Shown here: positions 54,501 through 64,000 of the stretch, one piece after another
How the letters are laid out: each line of letters begins with the position of its first letter
Position numbering within the stretch: the first letter of the stretch is position 1
Source of the DNA: Chrysomallon squamiferum
Taxonomy: Eukaryota; Animalia; Mollusca
DNA: 64,000 nt
Direction: 5' to 3'
Assembly (NCBI GenBank): GCA_012295275.1
Contig: CM022677.1
Span: forward strand, 4,278,001 to 4,342,000
The notes under the pieces: model-generated
What the model was told of the DNA's origin: nothing
The model's database searches: none
What the model saw: only the letters and a program-made list of their open reading frames with translations
Made by a program: the position numbers and the translations under genes

Positions 54501-57500
54501 TATACAAACAAACATATAACATATATAATATACATATAACATAATATATAGATACATATACAAACATATACAATAAAATATACATATACATATATAATAT
54601 ATGCACATATAGATACATTATATATATATACAAACATATACAATAAACATATACATATAATATAATATATGATATACAATTATAATATATAATACATATA
54701 CAAATATATAATAAATAATATATATACATATAATATATATATATATACAAACATATAAATAAACATACATAATATATATATATATGCACACATATATAAA
54801 TATACAAACATAAACAAACAAACATAATATAATATATATATATATATATATACATATACAAACATATACAAAAACATACACAAAATATAATATATATATG
54901 CACACACAGATTATATACATATAAACATATACAATAAACATACATAATATAATATATGCACATACATTATATATACATATACAATAAACATACATATAAT
55001 ATATATATATACATAATAATACATATACAAACATATACAATAAACATACACATATAATATATATACACACACAGATTATAAACATATACAAACATACAAT
55101 AAACATACACATAATATATGCATATAGATAATAAAACATATACATAAACATACACATAATATAATATATGCACACACAGATTATAGATACATATAAAACA
55201 TATATAAAAATATACATAATATAATATATGCACATATTATAGATACATATACAAACATATACAATAAACATATATATATAATATATGCACATATTATAGA
55301 TATATATACAAACATATACAATATACATACACATAATATACATATATAATATATGCACATATACATATACATACATATACAAACATATATACAATAAACA
55401 TACAACATATAATATATATATGCATATGCACATATGCATATATACAAATATACAATAAACATATATAAAATATGCATATTATAATAATATATAAATATAA
55501 CAATAAACATAAATATAATATACATGCAGATTATAGATACATATACAAACATATACAATAAACATACACATAATATAATATATGCACATATTATAGATAC
55601 ATATACAAACATATACAATAAACAACACATAATATATATATGCACACAGATTATAGATACATATACAAACATATACAATAAACATACATAATATAATATA
55701 TGCACACATAAGATTATATACATATACAAACATATACAATAAACATACACATAATATAATATATACACATATAGATATATAAATACATATACAAATATAT
55801 AAATAAGATATATATACATATACAAACATAAATAAAAACATACATATAATATATACATATACAAACATATATATAAACATATATAATAAACAAACATAAT
55901 ATAATATACATGCATATTAATATACATATACAAACATACAATAAACAAACATACATATAATATATATGCACACACAGATTATAGATACATATACAAACAT
56001 ATACAATAAACATACACATAATATAATATACATATATATATACATATATATACATATACAAACATATAATATATATATACACATATAATAATATATGCAC
56101 ACACAGATTATAGATACATATACAAACATATACAATAAACATACACATAATATATATGCACACAGATTATAGATACATATATAAACATATAAAATAAACA
56201 TACATAATAAATATATACATACAGATTATAGATAAATATACAAACATACAATATACATAATATATATATATGCAGATTATATATACATATACAAATATAC
56301 AATAAACATACACATATAAATATAATATATGCACAACATATATATACAAACATATACAATAAACATACACATAATATAATATATGCACACAGATTATAGA
56401 TACATATACAAACATATACAATAAAACATACACATAATATATACACACATTATATATATATACAAACATAATATACAAATACATACATATATACATAATA
56501 ATATAATAATATGCATACATATAATATATACATACATATATAATATATATACAAACATAAACATAATATAATAATATATATATGCACATTATATATATAT
56601 ATATACAAACATATACAATAAACATATACATATATAATATAATATATTATATATATATATATTATACAAAACATATACAATAAACATACATATAATATAA
56701 TATATGCACACACAGATTATATACATATATATACAAATATAATAAAATACATATATATATATATACAATACATTATACAACATATACAATACATACATAA
56801 ACATAATATAATATATACACACATAGATTATATACAATACATATACAAAAACATATACAATAAACATACACATAATATAATATATATGCACATACAGATT
56901 ATAGATATACATATACAAACATATACAATAAACATACATAATATATAATATATATATACATATATACAGATATATATATACATATACAAAATATATACAA
57001 TAAACATAAACATAATATAATATATGCAATATAGAGATTATAGATACATATACAAACATATACAATAAACATACACATAATATAATATATGCACACACAG
57101 ATTATAGATACATATACAAACATATACAATAAACATACACATAATATAATATATGCACACACATAGATTATAGATACATATACAAACATATACAATAAAC
57201 ATACATAATATAATATATATATGCACACACAGATTATAGATACATATACAAACATATACAATAAACATACACATAATATAATATATGCACATACAGATTA
57301 TATACATATACAAACATATACAATAAACATACACATAATATAATATATGCACACAGATTATATATATATACATATATAAATACATATAATATAATATATG
57401 CACACATAATATATATAAATATATAAACATACACATATATATATGCATATACAAACATATACATATATAATACATAAATACACATATATAATATATGCAC

Positions 57501-58030
57501 ACGCAGATTATACATATACAAACATATACAATAAACATACACAATATAATATATGCACACAAGATTATACAAATATACAAACATATACAATAAACATACA
57601 CATAATAATATATGCACATTATAGATTATAGATACAAACATATACAATAATACATATATAATAAACACATATATATATATGCATATATATATTATAGATA
57701 CATATATTAACATATATAATAAAACATACACATAATATATATATATGCACACACAGATTATATATATATACAAACATATAATAAACATACATATAATATA
57801 TGCACATGCAGATTATAGATACATATATACATATACAATAAACATATAATATATATATGCACACACAGATTATAGATATATACAAACATATACAATAAAC
57901 ATACACATAATAATATATGCACATATAGATTATAGATACATATACAAACATATACAATAAATACACATAATATAATATATGCACACAAAGATATAGATAC
58001 ATATACAAACATATATATTAAACATACAAT
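51519..58030. repeat. ~64-bp AT-rich satellite array, ~6.5 kb
   Basis: Consensus atgcacacacagattatagatacatatacaaacatatacaataaacatacacataatataatat; period 64 (tgca at 52457 and 52521). The centre is much more degenerate than the edges. Confidence 0.95.
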
Positions 58031-58175
58031 CAGTGCTCAATGTTCTTGGTTGTTTTCTCTTTTTGTTTCTTGTTATATTTATAAAATTTCTAATCTTTTC
58101 TTTTTGGTTCTTTATTATTTTGTATCTTCTTATCCTTCTTTCTTTTTGTTATATTTATTATCTGTCACACACACA

Positions 58176-58228
<53 letters not shown>

Positions 58229-58304
58229 CTAAAACCTCACTGAATTTAACTGAATTTATAGACTCATCATTGACGAACACGTGTTGAAGGAAATCACTGA
58301 AATA

Positions 58305-59640
58305 GCACGTCTCGTTTTCCTAAATTACAAAACACTCGTCACCTCTCTGTTCTAGAAATACACGTTTTTCTAAATTACAAAATACTCGTCACCACGCTGT
58401 TCTAGAAATACCACGTCTCGTTTTTCTAAATTACAAAATACTCGTCACCTCTCTGTTCTAGAAATACCACGTCACGTTTTACTAAATTACAAAACACTCG
58501 TCACCTCTCTGTTCTAGAAATACACGTTTTTCTAAATTACAAAATACTCGTCACCACGCTGTTCTAGAAATACCACGTCTCGTTTTTCTAAATTACAAAA
58601 TACTCGTCACCTCTCTGTTCTAGAAATACCACGTTTTTCTAAATTACAAAACACTCGTCACCTCGCTGTTCTAGAAATACCACGTTTTTCTAAATTACAA
58701 AATACTCGTCACCACGCTGTTCTAGAAATACCACGTCTCGTTTTTCTAAATTACAAAATACTCGTCACCACGCTGTTCTAGAAATACCACGTCACGTTTT
58801 TCTAAATTACAAAATACTCGTCACCACGCTGTTCTAGAAATACCACGTCTCGTTTTTCTAAATTACAAAATACTCGTCACCTCTCTGTTCTAGAAATACC
58901 ACGTCACGTTTTTCTAAATTACAAAATACTCGTCACCTCTCTGTTCTAGAAATACCACGTCACGTTTTTCTAAATTACAAAATACTCGTCACCTCTCTGT
59001 TCTAGAAATACCACGTCACGTTTTACTAAATTACAAAACACTCGTCACCTCTCTGTTCTAGAAATACCACGTTTTTCTAAATTACAAAATACTCGTCACC
59101 TCTCTGTTCTAGAAATACCACGTCACGTTTTACTAAATTACAAAATACTCGTCACCTCTCTGTTCTAGAAATACCACGTTTTTCTAAATTACAAAATACT
59201 CGTCACCTCTCTGTTCTAGAAATACCACGTCACGTTTTACTAAATTACAAAATACTCGTCACCTCTCTGTTCTAGAAATACCACGTTTTACTAAATTACA
59301 AAACACTCGTCACCTCTCTGTTCTAGAAATACCACGTTTTTCTAAATTACAAAATACTCGTCACCTCGCTGTTCTAGAAATACCACGTCACGTTTTACTA
59401 AATTACAAAATACTCGTCACCTCTCTGTTCTAGAAATACCACGTCACGTTTTTCTAAATTACCAAATACTCGTCACCTCTCTGTTCTAGAAATACCACGT
59501 TTTTCTAAATTACAAAACACTCGTAACCTCGCTGTTCTAGAAATACCACGTTTTTCTAAATTACAAAATACTCGTCACCACGCTGTTCTAGAAATACCAC
59601 GTCACGTTTTTCTAAATTACAAAACAGTCGTCACCTCGCT
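58305..59640. repeat. 51/56-bp minisatellite, about 25 units, one TCTAGA per unit
   Basis: Unit ttctagaaataccacg(tcacg)tttttctaaattacaaaatactcgtcacctctctg. Confidence 0.97.
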
Positions 59641-60235
59641 GTATATATTTTAATGCACGTAACATTTATTTATTTTAAATAATGTTCTTTTACATAAATT
59701 AAATGGAAAATTATTGTTGAAAAGAGCTTCTGTATTTTTTATATAAAAATCTAGAGAAACAAAAATAATAACAACAATAATAATAATTAATAAGATTATT
59801 ACATATATTCAAGATAATAACATCAATAATAAAATGAAATTACAAATACAAAAATTATAAACAACGTTTTTGTCAAATAATTAAGTTGTTTTATTATTTT
59901 CCGATTTATTTATTCTGTTTTCAAAATTAATTTCTGCTGAAATTATTGCGAGAAATAGTATCTGATTTGATATGTTTTATTTATTGTTATTTTATACTTA
60001 TATATGTATAATAACTTGGGACGAGTAAAAAAAGAAGTTACTGGTTCAGATGAGTTATCTCCCTTTTCAGCGCGAATGATGGTTTTCACAATTTTTGAAG
60101 TTGTACTATTTTCCTTACGGAGCTACCGCTTGTTAATTTACAGAATTAATCAGTTCATCAATAATAATAAGAAGTTAACAATAAACACGTAAAATAGTAT
60201 TTTGGTGACAAAACAATAGAAATATAAATATTTTT

Positions 60236-61951
60236 CTAAACTATTAGAGTGCTATAAATGGTTTCTCTCCTGGGCTCCGTTGTCGATATAGCACACCTCA
60301 AGTCGTCTTCCACATTTAATTTATTTCGGTACTTGTTTTTAAGGATGAGAAGTTGGGAGAATGCTGCTTCACATAAGTCAGTTGTTGGGAACGGCAATAA
60401 ATTCCTTATTGCGATTTCTGATATTACTGGGAATTTTTGGAAACTTTTTGCCCAAAATTCTTGTAGTTGCAGTTCACCAAACCATGATTTAGCTTCAAAA
60501 TTGTTTGTTAAGTCGACGAACTCTTCTTCTGCTGCTTCAGGGACATCAGATACACTGGCATTGAAAGGGTTGATTGTAAGGGAGAAAGATTTGCAACATT
60601 CATCAGGAAAATAACTTCTTATTTGAACAGTAAGATTTTCCAAATGCTCTTGTATCAAGCCATATAAGTCATCGATGTTAATTTCATTTGCCGCTTCTTC
60701 AACAAATTGGGCAAGTGTTGGGAACATGTATAATTTCTTTTCGTTAATTTTGGTGATCCAGAGTTCCAATTTCATTTTGAAAGACGATAGCTTTTCAGAC
60801 AAAGATATTATCGTACTTTCCTTACCCTGTAATCCTGTATTAATACTATTAAATATCTCAAAAATGTCGACCAGGTATGCCAATTTGCACAACGTAAATT
60901 CATCCGTAAACAATGATTCATATTCGCTTGCATTTTGAGAAGCGAGAAATATTTGCAGCTCTCCTCTCAATTCAAAAAATCTCTTCAACGCCTTTCCTTT
61001 CGAGAGCCACCTTACCTCTGTGTGAAACAATAGTGCTTCATGCGTTGAACCCAAATATTCACATAAAACTTTGAAGAGCCGTGTTGTAAGTGGCCTTGAT
61101 TTAACGACATTTACTGCTTTAATCACTCGGTTAAGCACTTCTTTGAATGGTTCAGGTAACGTCTTGGTAGCTAATACTTGTCGATGAATCATGCATTGAG
61201 TCCCAATTATTTCTGGAGTCACTTTTTTAACTAACGATTAGAAGCCAGACTTACAGCCGAGCATTGCAGGTGCCCCGTCAGTACAAACTCCGCACAATTT
61301 CTCACATTCGATTGAATGTTCTTTGAAGAAATCATCAATTAAATAAAAAATATCAGCAGCAATAGTTGAAGTTTGCAGAGGCTTACAAAACAAGAAATCT
61401 TCTTTAATTTTTTCATTTTTATAATAACGAACATACACAAGAAGTTGTGCAAAGTTTGTCACATCAGTAGTTTCATCAAGCTGTATGCTGAACAGCCCAG
61501 TTGGAGTTTCTTTTAATTCTTGAATAATTTGGCATAAAATATCCTCGGACACATCTGTTATCCTTTGTTTTACTGTATTGTTTGACACGGATAGAGGCGA
61601 TAATTTATTTACTGCTTCAGGACCGATCATGAGACGTACAATATCTTTGGTGCATGGAAAACTAAGATTCTCAGCTGTTGTGTGTGGTTTTTTAGCATGT
61701 GCTGTTCTTAATCCAACCGTGTATGAAGCTTCAACGCCAACAACTTTTGCTTTAAAAAAGTCAATACTTTTATCTTTCAAATCAGGGTGCTTAGTTTGGA
61801 GATGTCTTTGAAGTTTAGCTGGTTTCATAGACTCATGAGCAAGAACTTCCAAACATACTACTCACTGTGGTCTTTCCACACCTGCAATAACTATGTCAGT
61901 GAATCCCCACTTCAAGAAATCATCGCTGTACTTTCTCTTTCTTACACTCAT
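60236..61951 (-). mobile_element. hAT-Charlie/Buster transposase (ZBED5/ZBED8/SCAND3-like), nearly full length, disabled
   Basis: One reading frame from ATG 61951 (MSVRKRKYSDDFLKWGF...PQ*VVCLEVLAHESMKPAKLQRHL) through QLDETTD, CTDGAPAM, CMIH, EVRWLS and LCEAAFS. In-frame stops at the first BED Cys (~61862-61864) and at 61238-61240. TIRs not located. Confidence 0.92.
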
Positions 61952-62032
61952 TTTTAAAGGGTTAAGAGTCACTCAAACAAAACTAACTACGTGTCACTGC
62001 AAGTGCGAGTACAACACTAGGTAAGTGGGAGG

Positions 62033-62270
62033 CAGTGTTGCCAGATGGCTCATACAGAAATCGACTAGAACTAGCTTTGAAAATGGCTAAAAACTGGCTA
62101 GACTTAATAGTAAATGGATAAAGAAAACGGCTCAATTTATCTGTGCATTTTTATGAATAGTTTCTCAAGTATTCTTACAAAAAATCTAGCCACTAAATGA
62201 GGTTTTTTTCGGCCAGATGCTGTCAAATTTGGCTAAATCTAGCCGGAAATCAACTAATTTGGCAACACTG
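62033..62270. mobile_element. 238-bp hAT (Tip100-like) MITE with intact TIRs and 8-bp TSD
   Basis: TIR cagtgttgcca...tggcaacactg (11-bp perfect), flanked by identical gtgggagg at 62025-62032 and 62271-62278. Confidence 0.9.
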
Positions 62271-63255
62271 GTGGGAGGAGCCACAGTGGTGGCGCGACCA
62301 AAACAAAACAGAAACCAAACATGTTCAATACTGGCTCAGACGTTGTGTTGAGTGACTTAGGGAACTGTTACATTTAGTTTCATAGTATGAATTTATATAA
62401 CTGTCTTAATATGTTTTTCACCGTGTTTTATATAATATTCACATTCGGCTCAAAATCAATTAACGACCCCATGGCATTGAAACATGGGAAAGTTCAGAAT
62501 CTTTACGTCAGACAGTTATCGGTTGGTTCGCGGAACAAGTTATTACAAGCGTAACATTTAAAAAGACTAAACACATTGTCGGAGACTTGTAAACAAGATG
62601 AACGAATATTAAAACGTAAGTTTACAAAATGTAATTTCTTTCTATAACAATTAAAAGTATTTTCATGATAAAAATAACATTTATAAAAAATATTTTAAAA
62701 TAGCCTCCCTTAACCTGCGTTTTAATAGAACGTGCGCAATAGCGCTCCATTTTAAGTGTTCAGAGCATGTGACGAACTTAACTAGATTTTAATTAGGACT
62801 GACGGAATCTTAACAGTGTGTTGACAGTGAGTATAAACCATTTTGTAAACCAATATTTACAACTATATTATTATTATTACCGGGCTAGACCTATTGTTAA
62901 AATGTATTTCTTTCTGCAGTCAAATGTTTGATTCAGAATTTTTTACTTTTTGAAGTTTTTCGCCCAGGATGTACGTAAACGGATACACAGTCATTTCATA
63001 AGCAAAAATGCAAAAACATGCAGTGAAAAGAAAAAATAATATGATTAAATCTTGCAAATATATTAATGATATTTAATTACTTAATTATTATATTTGTTTC
63101 TACAACATGACCTTAGGAAGTTTCCTTCATATAACTACTGTTAATTATTTATTTTAATTTTCTTCTTTTTCTTTATTTATTTAGTTATTTCACCCGCAGT
63201 GATAAAGTTACTGCTTTTCCGGTTCGGTTAGAGTAAAATAATTTCTGTTAAAATG

Positions 63256-63307
<52 letters not shown>

Positions 63308-63559
63308 TAAAAAAAAAAATTATCTCAATGGTAAAATAAATTAACATCACCAATCATAGAACAGTTAAACAATTTACAATTCAGAGTTAAATACAACAAA
63401 CACATTGTGTAATGCATTTTTAATTAATATTTGATATTAATATCAATTTACTGATGTCTGGGCTGGGGTGGAGGTCAGTGTGAATGGTTTTACTATTTTC
63501 TCTTCATGGTTTGTTATATAATAATATGTGTTTAATTTTCAGTTTCTAACAGCAGTAAA

Positions 63560-63992
63560 ATGACAGATTCTGTAAGTTTGTTTTCTGTAAATTATATTTT
63601 AAAACCCACACACACATACTAACACACACACACACACAAACACAAATTTGGGAACTGACATAAGCAGTGAAAGGAAGTGAAGAAGAATTGTTATCAAAAT
63701 GCTTAAATATTTTAAATTTCATTAAAAGCTGATTATATTTTATTTTATATTGTTTTCTTTATTATTATTATTATTATTATTAGTTTCATTATTATATTTG
63801 TTGTTATTACTATTGTTGTTGTTTTCACCATCATTATTGTTATTGTTACATCATCATCATCATCATCATCACCATAATCATCATTGTGACCTCATTCTCT
63901 AGTCTGGGTCAACAAGACAAATGACCTCTGACCCAGCTGTTACCAATCAGAGAGTTGCTTCTGACCAGCCTGAGCTTACAGTGTTTAATAAG
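63560..63992 (+). CDS. Possible 5' coding exons of a gene running out of the window (63560-63571 MTDS; 63903-63992 SGSTRQMTSDPAVTNQRVASDQPELTVFNK)
   Basis: aaaATG..TCT|gtaagt, then ctag|90-nt open exon|gtgaga, with compatible phase 0. Candidate non-coding first exon ends at 62615|gtaagt. No homology recognised. Confidence 0.3.
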
Positions 63993-64000
63993 GTGAGACT

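Noticed and set aside
51235-58012. Dozens of long Y/I/C/M/V-rich ORFs (up to 432 aa) on the minus strand
   Set aside because: They are translations of the 64-bp satellite or run through Ns; they occur in all frames and carry no domain signal.
58305-59640. CRISPR-like appearance of regular repeats (also 16658-17097, 33281-33458, 47970-48465)
   Set aside because: Units are contiguous with no unique spacers, there are no cas genes, and the context is eukaryotic.
60258-61811. Plus-strand ORFs overlapping the transposase
   Set aside because: Antisense shadows of the minus-strand transposase frame.

Overview
AT-rich, microsatellite-rich animal genomic DNA, most likely a lophotrochozoan and probably a gastropod mollusc (inferred from innexin, TIR_2-type gene, Ngaro/DIRS, TTAGGG-like repeats and SINE style). 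No complete intact protein-coding gene is visible. Reading exons by splice sites rather than ORFs shows that 5-48 kb is a mosaic of decayed, intron-retaining fragments of unrelated genes. These are a TIR-domain gene with exons out of order (-), an innexin with two deletions and an 86-bp x5 amplification (+), a CAMSAP/Patronin gene with CH and CKK exons and an internal second copy (-), a cytoplasmic methionyl-tRNA synthetase head-to-head with it (+), and tentative LYST-like exons (+). Interspersed are TE relics: BEL/Pao, Ngaro-like YR retrotransposon with SGNH hydrolase, Tigger-like MITE, MULE, Gypsy, RNase H LINE, two hAT-Charlie elements and a young hAT MITE with an 8-bp TSD. There are also many short microhomology-bounded tandem amplifications, a 200-N gap and two satellites (64 bp; 51/56 bp). 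All protein identifications come from my own motif recognition, not database searches. I found no convincing novel functional system; the strongest signal is the deletion-compacted multi-gene pseudogene block and its recurrent microhomology lesions.
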